A stretch of DNA of 64,000 bases. Origin: Candidatus Marinacidobacterales bacterium (lineage in GTDB: Bacteria; Acidobacteriota; Vicinamibacteria; Marinacidobacterales; SMYC01). Below the pieces are notes generated by a model, which saw only the letters and a program-made list of their open reading frames with translations, had not been told where the DNA came from and did not search any database. The stretch's first letter is position 1. Every line of letters starts with the position of its first letter. The DNA lies in assembly GCA_965197495.1 (NCBI GenBank), contig OZ240210.1, positions 3,623,898 to 3,687,897 on the forward strand. The letters are read 5' to 3'. Of this stretch, positions 51,394 through 61,013 are shown one piece after another. The translations under genes were made by a program, and so were the position numbers.

Positions 51394-53396
51394 CCCATGT
51401 TTCCCTTTTAGGTGTCTAAGTCATCGAAAACAAAGGATCGAGATCGGCGGTTTATCTCTACGCTGACAGCACCTCCTCGGAGAAGGCTGGCGGGTCGCGT
51501 TCAACGATGCCGAGTGCAGTCAGGATCGAGTTGGCGCGAGCGGTGCCGCGCGTGACGACGCGCTTAGTCCGCCCAGAACCCAGCTGTAAGTCGACGACCC
51601 GGACCGAGCGTAGCGCTTGTAGTGCCTCGGTTGCGGACAGGTCGAGTTCGGCGACCTTGAGCTTTTTCTCAAGAGCCCGATGCACAAGGAAGGCCAGCGT
51701 AGCTACGAAAAGATGTGCCTCCACACGCTCATCGGTCTGGTGGTAAACGGGACGCATCTCAATGACATCCTTAAGGCATGAGAAGGCTCGCTCGACCTCG
51801 TTTAGGTCCTTGTAAAGGCGCACGGCGTCGACCGGAGAGAGGTTTTGCTCCTCGGTTTGAATAACGTACTTACCCTCGTAGGCTTGCTCGCGCTTGAGGT
51901 TGACGGGGTGCTCGAAGAAGCGGAAGCGACCGTTTTTGTACTCCCAGTCGTAGTAACGGTGACCGTGGTGGCGTGCCTGTATGCGCGCGGCGGCGGCACC
52001 GATTTTCTCGGGGGCTTTCAATCGTCCGTCGCGCACGCGGCGCTCGAGGGCCTCGAATGCCGCACGGGCACGTCCCATGGCCCGCAGCCTCTGCCCGCGC
52101 TCGTAGGCGAGCCTTTCGTCGCTGTGAACGACGAAGATGCGCACCCCAGACTGCTCGGAGCGGACTTCTTGCACACGAGTCTTAGGTGGCTCGGCTTTTT
52201 CGCTCACCGTGATGCCACCAGGGCAGTCGATCCACTCTCCGCTGGCGCGCTCGATGTAACGATAGACCTCCTCGCGCCGTCGTCTTTGCAGCCCGACGAG
52301 ATAGCCCTGCTTGCGCGAGCGCACCACTGCCAGGCTGTCGCTCGTTACCATCCCTCGGTCGCCGACAAAAACCACGCGGTGCAAACCGAATCGTTCGTTG
52401 AGATCGTTGAGCACCTGCGGCACCGTTTTCGCGTCACGCCAGTTGCCGGCGAAAACATGGTGGGCGATCGGCCAACCGTCCACCATCACCAGACCGATAA
52501 GCACTTGCCGGTTACGCGGTCTGCGGTCGCGACTGTAGCCGTGGGCGCCGAGCCCCGGAGGGCCTTGACCTTCGAAGTACGTCGACGTCAGGTCGTAAAA
52601 CACCATATCAACCTCAAGCGAAAACAGATCCCGCAAGCGCAAAAACAGCTCCTTCTCGATCTGTTCTTTGCGGGCATGCAGCTGGTCGAGCGTTCGGTAC
52701 CATTGCTTGAGTTGGCGAAACTCCACGCGAACCCGCGGGGAGCGACTCGCTCGCCGTTCCCCATCATCGCGCCACTGCGGCACCCACCGCCGCCCCTGCC
52801 GGTCGCAGACGAAGTCGGTCTCGAGCCAGCGCGCCAGACCGTGCTCGCTCGACGGAGCACATAGCCGGTTGGCGACCAGCACCAAAGCTCGCTCGCTTAG
52901 CGCCACTCCGTCCCGCTTGCCGCGGCCCCCGAGCCGGTCGAGAATCTGCTCCAGCCCGAACTCGCGCCACAGCGTCGCCGTCACCAGCATCGGACCCCAA
53001 TCCCACGCGTCTGCCCCCGCGACCTGCTCGGCTGCTCGCTCGGTGTCGGCCGGTTCACCGGCCCCAAGCAACCGATTGAGGGAGTCGAGATTGGCAACTA
53101 GGAGATCCTTGCGCCCTAAGTTGCACACTACGCGTTGCTTCGGCTTGCCGTGCTCCCGATACGACTCGACCAGGCGGACATACTCATGTTGAACCCCTTT
53201 GCCGCCTGCGGCCCGAACGATGCGGAAGAACATAACCTGTCCTCACGCATACTACATGTCATTGTCCACGATTACAACGTATTAATGGCGCTCAAAGCAC
53301 AATCTCTGTCTCTACGTTTTGGGCGAAATCCAACCCCCGTTCCTTTGAATTCAGTTACTTACGAGCGTTAGGGTGCTCATAAAGGGTAAACATGGG
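51394..53396 (-). mobile_element. IS1634-family type B (complete)
   Basis: TIR CCCATGTTT..CCTTT(T)A at both ends; CTAG duplication at 51390-51393 and 53397-53400. Confidence 0.95.
51458..53233 (-). CDS. IS1634-family DDE transposase (type B)
   Basis: YVRLVESYR..NLGRKD, FYDLTSTYFEG, VGDRGM, YKDLNEVERAF, RPVYH..RVEAH. Confidence 0.93.
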   Translation of the reverse strand: MFFRIVRAAGGKGVQHEYVRLVESYREHGKPKQRVVCNLGRKDLLVANLDSLNRLLGAGEPADTERAAEQVAGADAWDWGPMLVTATLWREFGLEQILDRLGGRGKRDGVALSERALVLVANRLCAPSSEHGLARWLETDFVCDRQGRRWVPQWRDDGERRASRSPRVRVEFRQLKQWYRTLDQLHARKEQIEKELFLRLRDLFSLEVDMVFYDLTSTYFEGQGPPGLGAHGYSRDRRPRNRQVLIGLVMVDGWPIAHHVFAGNWRDAKTVPQVLNDLNERFGLHRVVFVGDRGMVTSDSLAVVRSRKQGYLVGLQRRRREEVYRYIERASGEWIDCPGGITVSEKAEPPKTRVQEVRSEQSGVRIFVVHSDERLAYERGQRLRAMGRARAAFEALERRVRDGRLKAPEKIGAAAARIQARHHGHRYYDWEYKNGRFRFFEHPVNLKREQAYEGKYVIQTEEQNLSPVDAVRLYKDLNEVERAFSCLKDVIEMRPVYHQTDERVEAHLFVATLAFLVHRALEKKLKVAELDLSATEALQALRSVRVVDLQLGSGRTKRVVTRGTARANSILTALGIVERDPPAFSEEVLSA

Positions 53397-53400
53397 CTAG

Positions 53401-55623
53401 GCTGAAGTTCTGCCCAGTAAGCCCTCCCACGCTTCGGTAAAGTACCTTTAGTCGCATGGAGTTACAGCGCTAGAGGTGTGATTTTTGCCTGCAATTAGTA
53501 GCCATGTTTTATTGTATTTATTGTATTTATTGTTGTTATATATGCCTATATAGTGTATATAGTAGCCATGCATATCGATATCGTGCCCAACCGCAACTCC
53601 AAACCCGCCGTTTTGCTCCGTGAGTCCTATCGGGATGCCAAGAGCAAGAAACCGCGCAAGCGCACACTTGCCAACCTGTCCAAACTGCCGAGCGAGCAGG
53701 TCGATGCCATCCGACGCATACTCAAGGGGCAAAAGCTCGTTTCGCTCGAAGACGCCTTCGAAATCGTCGAGAACGGCTCCCGGCACCATGGCCACGTCGA
53801 CGCGGTGCTCAGTGCCATGAGACAGCTCGGTTTCGAAAAGCTCGTTGGCTCTCGACACTCACCAGAGCGGGATTTGGTCGTGGCCATGGTAGTCGCCCGG
53901 ATCCTCGAACCGCAGTCGAAGCTGGCGACTAGCCTGTGGTGGCACACAACCACACTGCCCGAAATCCTGGGGGTGAGCGATGCCGACGAAGACGATCTCT
54001 ATGCCGCCATGGACTGGGTTCTCAAACGCCAGGAGGTCATCGAAAAGAAACTCGCGGCGCGCCATCTCCAAAACGACGGCCTCGCGCTCTATGACCTAAC
54101 CTCAAGCTACTTCGAGGGGGTGAGTTGTCCGCTGGCCAGGCTCGGATACAACCGTGACGGCAAGAAAGGCAAGCTGCAGGTCAACTACGGCCTGCTGACC
54201 AACGAACGCGGCATCCCCGTGTCGGTATCCGTCTTTGAGGGCAACACGGGCGATCCCAAAACGCTGTTGCCTCAGGTAGAAAATGCGCAAGAGCGGTTCG
54301 GCATCGAGCAGTTTGTGATGGTGGGCGACCGCGGAATGATCACCCAGACCCAGATCGACGAGTTACGGGAGATGGACGGTATCGACTGGATTACCGCTCT
54401 GCGTCCCGAACCGATTCGCAAGCTCATTAACGATGGGGTGATCCAGATGGGGCTATTCGACAGGCGGAACCTGTTTGAGTTGACGCACCCTGATTTCCCC
54501 AACGAGAGGCTGGTCGCTTGCCGCAATCCGGAGCTGGCCGAGAGGCGGCGTCACAAGCGTCGTGCTCTGCTCGAAGCAACCTGCAAGGAGCTGGAGAAGG
54601 TTTGTCGGATGGTCGAGCGGCGCCGTTTGCACGGCAAGGAGGACATCCGTGCTACGGTGAAAAAGCTCCTCAACAAGTACAAGGTCGGCAAGTACTATAG
54701 GCTCGACATCCGTGACGACGGTTTCGACTTCGAGCTAGACGAGACAACGATGGCTGCCGACGCCTCGCGCCTCGCCAACGGCAACTCTGAGCTCGCCAAC
54801 AAACGGCTCCAGCGGTGGAAGCGACACATGGGGACGATCGTTAAGCAGTTGGAACGGATTCGCCAACGGATCGGGCGAGGTCAGCTGCATGGTAAAGATA
54901 AAATCGGTGTGCGGGTAGGCAAAGTTCTCAACAAGTACAAAGTCGGCAAGCACTTCAAGCTGGACATTCGCGACGACCGCTTTAGCTTCGAAATCGACGA
55001 CACAAAGGTCACTACGGAAGCTGCCCTTGACGGCATCTACGTGATCCGCACCAGTCTTGCTGAGCAGCGGATGAAAACCGACGACACAGTGCGCAGCTAC
55101 AAGTTGCTGACCCAGGTCGAGAGGGCGTTTCGTTCCTTCAAGAGCATGGACCTAAAGGTGCGGCCGATTCGTCACCGGCGCGAAAACCGAGTCCGGGCGC
55201 ACATCTTCTTGTGCATGCTGGCCTACTACGTCCTGTGGCACATGATGGAGGTTTGGCGCCCGCTAGTATTCTCTGACGAGGAGCAGCAGGCGAAGGCCGA
55301 GCGTGACCCCGTCGCTCCGGCGCAGCGCTCCGACGCAGCCCTGCGCAAGATACACACCAAGAAGCTTGACGATGGGAGACCAGCTTCCAGCTTCCGCACG
55401 CTGCTGCGCCTTCTCAGCAACATCGTCCGAAACAAATGTCGGCGACCGGAAGCCGGACCCGACGAGCCCACCTTCGATGTCACGACAACTCCGGACTCGA
55501 AACAGCAGAGAGCCTACGACTTGCTCAAAGGTATCACCGTGTAGACAGAAGCCAGCACCATTGATTCCATCTATCTTATTGGATCAACACCGGATCTTGG
55601 TTTTTTCAGCAAGGAACTTCAGA
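53401..55623 (+). mobile_element. IS1634-family type A, copy 3 (complete, variant left end)
   Basis: CTAG|GCTGAAGTTC ... GGAACTTCAGA|CTAG. Confidence 0.95.
53568..55544 (+). CDS. IS1634-family DDE transposase (type A)
   Basis: Near-identical to 32714-34684 beyond the N-terminal ~60 aa. Confidence 0.93.
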   Translation: MHIDIVPNRNSKPAVLLRESYRDAKSKKPRKRTLANLSKLPSEQVDAIRRILKGQKLVSLEDAFEIVENGSRHHGHVDAVLSAMRQLGFEKLVGSRHSPERDLVVAMVVARILEPQSKLATSLWWHTTTLPEILGVSDADEDDLYAAMDWVLKRQEVIEKKLAARHLQNDGLALYDLTSSYFEGVSCPLARLGYNRDGKKGKLQVNYGLLTNERGIPVSVSVFEGNTGDPKTLLPQVENAQERFGIEQFVMVGDRGMITQTQIDELREMDGIDWITALRPEPIRKLINDGVIQMGLFDRRNLFELTHPDFPNERLVACRNPELAERRRHKRRALLEATCKELEKVCRMVERRRLHGKEDIRATVKKLLNKYKVGKYYRLDIRDDGFDFELDETTMAADASRLANGNSELANKRLQRWKRHMGTIVKQLERIRQRIGRGQLHGKDKIGVRVGKVLNKYKVGKHFKLDIRDDRFSFEIDDTKVTTEAALDGIYVIRTSLAEQRMKTDDTVRSYKLLTQVERAFRSFKSMDLKVRPIRHRRENRVRAHIFLCMLAYYVLWHMMEVWRPLVFSDEEQQAKAERDPVAPAQRSDAALRKIHTKKLDDGRPASSFRTLLRLLSNIVRNKCRRPEAGPDEPTFDVTTTPDSKQQRAYDLLKGITV

Positions 55624-55627
55624 CTAG

Positions 55628-55657
55628 GTGATCCCGGACACACCCAGCATATCGACC
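55628..55657 (+). pseudogene. short continuation of TonB receptor copy 2
   Basis: VIPDTPSIS matches VIPDTPSLA of copy 1. Confidence 0.75.
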
Positions 55658-55840
55658 TGTCGTTCGTCAAAACCCATCCGTGTGCGAAATCAACGAGTTA
55701 CACCCTACTGCCTGAACAAACGGGTCGAGTGGGCTAAATACAGGACGCGCATCTTACGATGGGGAGTTTAGCGAAGGCGAACCATGAAATCCATGATCTT
55801 GCGACCGGGGGCGGATTCCTGACAGGATAAGCTGAAGAAC

Positions 55841-57169
55841 ATGTCGGACCCGCCAGTGACTCCTCTCGAGCTGCACATTCGCTCGCCCGAGATCACGCTC
55901 AAAGGAAGGAATCAAGGTGATTTCTGGTCTCAGCTGCGCGGGAACATCCGCCATACGCTCCGTAGCGAAGGCATCTCCTGGCCGATCCAGCGTCGACAAG
56001 GCCGTCTCTACGTGGAAGCGCAGGATTACACCGAAGCGTCTCTGACGTCCGTGGTGAGGACGATCGATCGGGTATGCGGGGTCCATTCTGTAGCCGTGGC
56101 CGAACGGCTCGCCCGCGACGAGCTCCTCCGCGGTGGCGAGATCGACCGTCCCCGGGTCGAGTCGATCGTCGTCCGACTCGCGCGTGAGAGCTATCGCGCT
56201 CAAAAGACCTTTGCCGTGCGCGTGCATCGGGTCGACAAGAATTTTTCGTTGTCGTCGGCCGAGATGGAGCGCTGGCTAGGACAAGTGGTTCGGGATCGCA
56301 CCGAATGGGAGCGAGTGCGCCTCGACGATCCGGATGTGACGATCCATGTCGACATCTACACCGACGCGGTTTTCTTCTACACCGAGCGACCGACAGGGGT
56401 CGGCGGTCTTCCGGTGGCTTCGAGCGGCCACGTGGTCAGCTTGCTCTCGGGCGGGATCGATTCCCCGGTCGCGTCGTTCCTGATGGCTCGGCGAGGCTGC
56501 ACCGTCGACTTCTTTCACATGAGCGCGACCCATATGACGGAGGGGGAGCTCGAAAGCTCGGTCCCAGGACGCCTCGCGCGCCAGCTCAGCCGCTTCACGC
56601 TGCGCTCACGCCTCTTCGTCGTGCCTTATACGCATTTCGATCTCGCGCTGAGCGGACGTAACACGGGCTACGAGACCGTACTCTTTCGCCGGTTCCTCTT
56701 CCGTGTCGCCGAGGCGCTCGCGACAAAAATGCGCGCGATCGCGATCGTGACGGGGGATAGCCTTTCTCAAGTCGCCTCGCAGACGATCGAAAATCTCGTC
56801 TCCAGCGAAAAAGCGGTCGACATCTCCGTGCTGCGTCCACTCTTGGCCATGGACAAACAAGCCATCATGAACGTCGCGGAGCAAATCGAGACCTACGCGA
56901 TCTCCATCGAGCCCTACAAAGATTGCTGCGCGCTCTTTACCCGGCGCACCCGAACCAAGACCTGTGCCGAAGTCCTGGCGCGGATGGAGACGAAACTCCT
57001 GCCGGATTACGAGGCGCTGATCGCGTCCTCTCTCGCCGATACCGTCCGCGCGCAATATGACTGCGGCAAGCTTCTCTCGATCGAGCGCGGTGTCTCCGGC
57101 GCGCGCGAAGCGCTCCAGCCGGAAGCCGCGATGGAGGCGTCGCGGCTCGATAGTGTTTCTCGCAGCTGA
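55841..57169 (+). CDS. thiI: tRNA 4-thiouridine synthase ThiI (THUMP plus PP-loop)
   Basis: EITLKGRN, GGLPV, LLSGGIDSPVA, TGDSLSQVASQT, DCC. Confidence 0.93.
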   Translation: MSDPPVTPLELHIRSPEITLKGRNQGDFWSQLRGNIRHTLRSEGISWPIQRRQGRLYVEAQDYTEASLTSVVRTIDRVCGVHSVAVAERLARDELLRGGEIDRPRVESIVVRLARESYRAQKTFAVRVHRVDKNFSLSSAEMERWLGQVVRDRTEWERVRLDDPDVTIHVDIYTDAVFFYTERPTGVGGLPVASSGHVVSLLSGGIDSPVASFLMARRGCTVDFFHMSATHMTEGELESSVPGRLARQLSRFTLRSRLFVVPYTHFDLALSGRNTGYETVLFRRFLFRVAEALATKMRAIAIVTGDSLSQVASQTIENLVSSEKAVDISVLRPLLAMDKQAIMNVAEQIETYAISIEPYKDCCALFTRRTRTKTCAEVLARMETKLLPDYEALIASSLADTVRAQYDCGKLLSIERGVSGAREALQPEAAMEASRLDSVSRS

Positions 57170-57204
57170 CATCGCCGCTCGAAAATGGAGATAATGGCAG
57201 AGCG

Positions 57205-57765
57205 ATGTCGCTTCTCGGGTTCTGCCAATGGCTCGCGGAGACGCAATGGAGCATCGCGCTTCACGAATCGCTTTGGGTCTATCCCCTCGTGGAGTCGACC
57301 CATGTGTGGGCGCTGGCTCTGTTCGTCGGGTTTGCCGTGGTCTTGGATTTGCGGCTTTTGGGGCTCGCTTTGCGGAAGGTCCCGGTCTCGGAGGTCGCGA
57401 GAAAACTCTTGCCATGGACGGTCGCGGGTTTCATCGTGATGATTGTCACCGGTGGGCTCCTGTTCTACGCGATCCCCGTCCGGACCTACCAGAACATCTT
57501 CTTTCGGGTGAAAGTGCTTCTGCTCATCTTGGCCGGCATCAATGTCTGGGTGTTTCACTCGACGGTCTGGCGTCGCGTCGCGGCGTGGGATCGGGATCCG
57601 GTGACGCCGAAAAGCGCGAGATTCGCGGGCGCGGCATCGCTCGTTCTCTGGACGTGCATCATTTTCGCGGGGCGCATGATCGCCTATAACTGGTTCGACT
57701 GCGATCGGCAGCCGCAGCCCGAGATCGTCAACTGGGCGGCCGGATGTGTCGTGGAGCCTGAGTGA
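57205..57765 (+). CDS. 4-TM membrane protein, DUF6644-like
   Basis: W..ES.HV..LALFVG..DLRLLG, F.VK.LL..LAG.N, GRMIAY (family from recall). Confidence 0.75.
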   Translation: MSLLGFCQWLAETQWSIALHESLWVYPLVESTHVWALALFVGFAVVLDLRLLGLALRKVPVSEVARKLLPWTVAGFIVMIVTGGLLFYAIPVRTYQNIFFRVKVLLLILAGINVWVFHSTVWRRVAAWDRDPVTPKSARFAGAASLVLWTCIIFAGRMIAYNWFDCDRQPQPEIVNWAAGCVVEPE

Positions 57766-58239
57766 TGCTCTACCCGCTCTTCGAATGGTTCGAGTTGACG
57801 ATGGTGGGCGAGATCATCCGTAGCTCGACGTGGCTGTTTCCTTTCATCGAGGCGTTTCACCTCCTCGCCTTCGCCGTTCTCGGCGGCGCCGTGCTCCTCG
57901 TAGATCTCCGCCTGATAGGGCTCGCGTTTCGATCGCAACCGGTAGCGCACGTCGCACGGGAGATCCAACCGTGGGCGGCGAAGCCTCGCGGTCGCTCTCG
58001 TTTCCGGAAGCTTGCTCTTCCTCTCCGAATCCGTGAAGTGCTATTACAGCGAGCCGTTCTGGATCAAGATCACGGGTCTCTTCTTCGCGCTCATCTTCAC
58101 CTTCACGATCCGCCGCAAAGTGACGATGGCGGAGGCAGGGAGCATCGGCCCCATCTGGGGCCGGGTCGTTGGGATGGTTTCGATCGGGCTCTGGGCGACC
58201 GTCGCTTGGGGCGGACGCTGGATCGGCTTTTCCGGCTAG
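57762..58239 (+). pseudogene. second DUF6644-like membrane protein, frameshifted near 57980
   Basis: IEAFHLLA..VDLRLIG, then FWIK..GGRWIGFS in another frame. Confidence 0.75.
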
Positions 58240-58245
58240 CGCCGG

Positions 58246-58704
58246 CTAGCGGTGGTTGTTGGGCTTTTTCTTTCGCGACCGCTCCGTCGGATCGGCGCCG
58301 TCCCGCGGTGCGCCCGTGCCCGACGAACCCAAGAAGAGCTTCCGGCCATCCGGGAACGTCACGTTGCGCCCGTTGGCCTGATTAGAGCGATCTTTGCTTT
58401 GGTAGCCGTCGACGATGATCACCGTGCCCGGCTTCAACGAGTCCTTCGTGACGCCGCGTCTCAAAAGCGTGTTGGGCGTCCCGCCTTCGACCATCCACGA
58501 CTCCGTCGTGCCGTCTTCGTTCTCCACGTCAAGGTGGATCCAGGCATGCGGGTTGACCCACTCGACTTTCGTCACCGGCCCCTCCAAAAAGACGGGCCTA
58601 TTGGGATCGAACTCCGCGCCGAAGGCGTGATGAGCCACGACGGGCAGAGCTGCGGCGAGGAGCAATGCGAATACCGCAAGGATGACGGCTAGTTTATCGC
58701 GCAT
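58246..58704 (-). CDS. secreted DUF6152-like protein
   Basis: Signal peptide then AHHAFGAEFD, VEWVNPHAWI, W.VEGG.P..L.R.G (family from recall). Confidence 0.8.
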   Translation of the reverse strand: MRDKLAVILAVFALLLAAALPVVAHHAFGAEFDPNRPVFLEGPVTKVEWVNPHAWIHLDVENEDGTTESWMVEGGTPNTLLRRGVTKDSLKPGTVIIVDGYQSKDRSNQANGRNVTFPDGRKLFLGSSGTGAPRDGADPTERSRKKKPNNHR

Positions 58705-58710
58705 GGGTGC

Positions 58711-59770
58711 TTACCTCTTTTTCTCCTCGGCTTCGGCTTCGAGTAGCCGCGCGCCTCTGAGGATGTTTCCGAGAGCGTAATTGGCTTCGTGGCAGGCATA
58801 TTCGTACATCGCGTCGTCCGTCGCCACCCACGGATATTCGCCGCTCCACGGCGTTTCCCACGTATCGGGATCGTCGATCGTGAACTGATAGAGGATCGTA
58901 TTCTCGTCGACGCGTGTGAGCGCTCCACCACGTGGAGGTTCTCTGAAGCACCGCGGAAAGCGGTCTTGTCGGTAAAGTTCGTCGTGTCCACGACGAGCGT
59001 GTCGCCTTCCCAATGACCTACTGAATCACCCATCCACTTCCGGATCTCCTTCGGTGCGTGCTCTCGGTTCAAAGGGATGATGCGCGCGTCGTGGACCATC
59101 TCGACGAGGATAACGACGTAGTCCTGAGTCTGCACGATGCGCTTGAAGTTGTTGTAGAGCACGGGCAAGGAAGGCGGTCCTGACGAAGAGCCGAAGGCCA
59201 GCAAGCAACGCTCGCCGAGAGGGCGCCCTTCGGGGTTGTCGTAAGGGCCGGGACCTGGCCGGTCGAGCACCACGCCTCGCCGGTGTTCTTCCCAAAAGGG
59301 CTGAACCAGGCAGCGCGCCGTTTCGTGCCGGCCGGCGTCATTTCCGGGGTGCGGCCGTTGGGCGGGTGGACGATGATAGAGGTGCGGACTTTGCCCTCGA
59401 GCGAAAAGGCTTCGGTGCCCCGATCGATCCAGAAGTTGTTATATCCGCCCACGTTGCCGGCCGCACCGGTCGAGCCGTCGCCGCCAAGCGGAGGCGCGTC
59501 GCGATCCACATCACTCGGCAGCGCGAGCCTCTCTGTGCGTGCGGCCTCCTTGGCGCGAATGGATTCCGCCTCTTCCGGTGTCAGGAGCAGATTGTCGCCG
59601 AGCTCGACGGGCCGCTCCAGAGGCGTCAATGTAGCCGTGTCGTACATCCCGGAGAGATCCGGACGGCCGTCGGGGGTCCGCGGGGTCTCCCTGGTTTCCT
59701 GAGCCAGTAGCCCGGAGGCGACGACGAGTGCCGCGACGAGGAACGTGATTCGAGCGCGCGAAGTACTCAT
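58711..59770 (-). pseudogene. secreted conserved hypothetical protein, two single-base frameshifts (about 59270 and 58920)
   Basis: PRTPDGRPDLSG, ERCLL, WMGDSVGHWEGDTLVV, YEYACHE spread over three frames. Confidence 0.8.
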
Positions 59771-59784
59771 CCTATTTTCTCTCG

Positions 59785-60636
59785 CTACCGGCTGAGGGGC
59801 GTCTTGCGGTACTCACCGTACAACATCTCTTCGACGAACTCGACGCACTTGAACTCCATCAGCTGCGCGTTCGACTCGATCCGTCGATAGAGCGGCATGC
59901 TGATCTTCCAAGGCCGTTCGAAGACGTTCGGATCTTCGATCGTGGCTTCGTACAGTAGATGGTCGGGCCCGGTCCGCGTATAGCGCTCCACGACACGGAG
60001 CTCTTCACTGTGGAAATTCCCGGAGCGGTCGAACCACGTTTGGTCGTTCTGCCCCGTGACCTCGACGACAAAGGTCTCGCCTTCCCAGTGCCCGACGGAT
60101 TGTCCCATCCAGGAATCAATGGGCGGCGGTCCCGGGTCCTGGAGATAGATATCGCGCACGGCACCAGCATAGGTATAGGCGATGAAAAACGAGTTGTGGC
60201 TCTGAAAAATCTGGAAGGGGTAGGGCATATAAGTCGCCCGCGGAACGCCCGGCAAGTAGCACTTGATCTCCGGGTCGCGGTCGAGCCAGTTCTCGCGATT
60301 TTCCTTTTGCTTCGCGAGCGCCGCGGGTTTGTACGGGATCTCGCCGCCTTCGATCACCCCGAGTCCGCCGGGCACAGCACCGACTGCACCGAGCGCGAGC
60401 ACGGCGTCCGCGGGAACAGGGCGGACGGGACCCTCGCGAAACGCCATGGCCACGCGCGCCATATGGGTGCCGAGGTCGTAATGCGCCTCGTTCAGCGCCT
60501 GCCAAATCCCGTTCAAATCGGGATGCCCGTCCGCGGCGCGGGGTGCGGTGTAGTCGGGTCGGTCCTGTCCCGTTTCAGGGGCGGCGGGAGCACTTGCGGT
60601 GAGGGCGGCCAAGGCAACCCCGATCAACAAAGACAT
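59785..60636 (-). CDS. secreted conserved hypothetical protein, paralogous to 58711-59770
   Basis: Signal peptide, GHPDLNGIW, DPEIKCYLPGVPR, WMGQSVGHWEGETFVV, MEFKC. Confidence 0.85.
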   Translation of the reverse strand: MSLLIGVALAALTASAPAAPETGQDRPDYTAPRAADGHPDLNGIWQALNEAHYDLGTHMARVAMAFREGPVRPVPADAVLALGAVGAVPGGLGVIEGGEIPYKPAALAKQKENRENWLDRDPEIKCYLPGVPRATYMPYPFQIFQSHNSFFIAYTYAGAVRDIYLQDPGPPPIDSWMGQSVGHWEGETFVVEVTGQNDQTWFDRSGNFHSEELRVVERYTRTGPDHLLYEATIEDPNVFERPWKISMPLYRRIESNAQLMEFKCVEFVEEMLYGEYRKTPLSR

Positions 60637-60735
60637 CGGTCCTCCTGAATCGATGTGATTCGAACGCGGGCTACTCTGACATCAGAGCGGCGGGCCGTCA
60701 AGGTGATCCGTTTGTCCGCCACGCTAGACTGAAGC

Positions 60736-61011
60736 ATGGCTCGGTTGGTGCTGGTCGCGGCTTTCGTAGCCTTTGTCGTCTGGCTCCTTTCGACATCTTT
60801 CATTTTTCGAATCGAGTTCAAGGGCGGAAACATCCAATCGGTGCGCGGGAAGGCGTCGGGGCCGCTCCGACGCGGCTTCGAAGAGGTCGCCCGTCATGCG
60901 GGCATCACCGGCACGGTGTCGTTATATTCGGGCCGGATCTTGAAATTCTCACGCGGCGTTCCCGCGGACGATCGGCAGCGCTTTCAGAACGTACTGTCCT
61001 CCCTTCTTTGA
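60736..61011 (+). CDS. small membrane-anchored protein, DUF3634-like
   Basis: N-terminal TM; LKFSRGVPADDRQRFQNV (family from recall). Confidence 0.6.
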   Translation: MARLVLVAAFVAFVVWLLSTSFIFRIEFKGGNIQSVRGKASGPLRRGFEEVARHAGITGTVSLYSGRILKFSRGVPADDRQRFQNVLSSLL

Positions 61012-61013
61012 CG

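Noticed and set aside
40230-59280. Programmed frameshifting or phase variation at the frameshift sites
   Set aside because: No slippery heptamers or long homopolymers at the breakpoints
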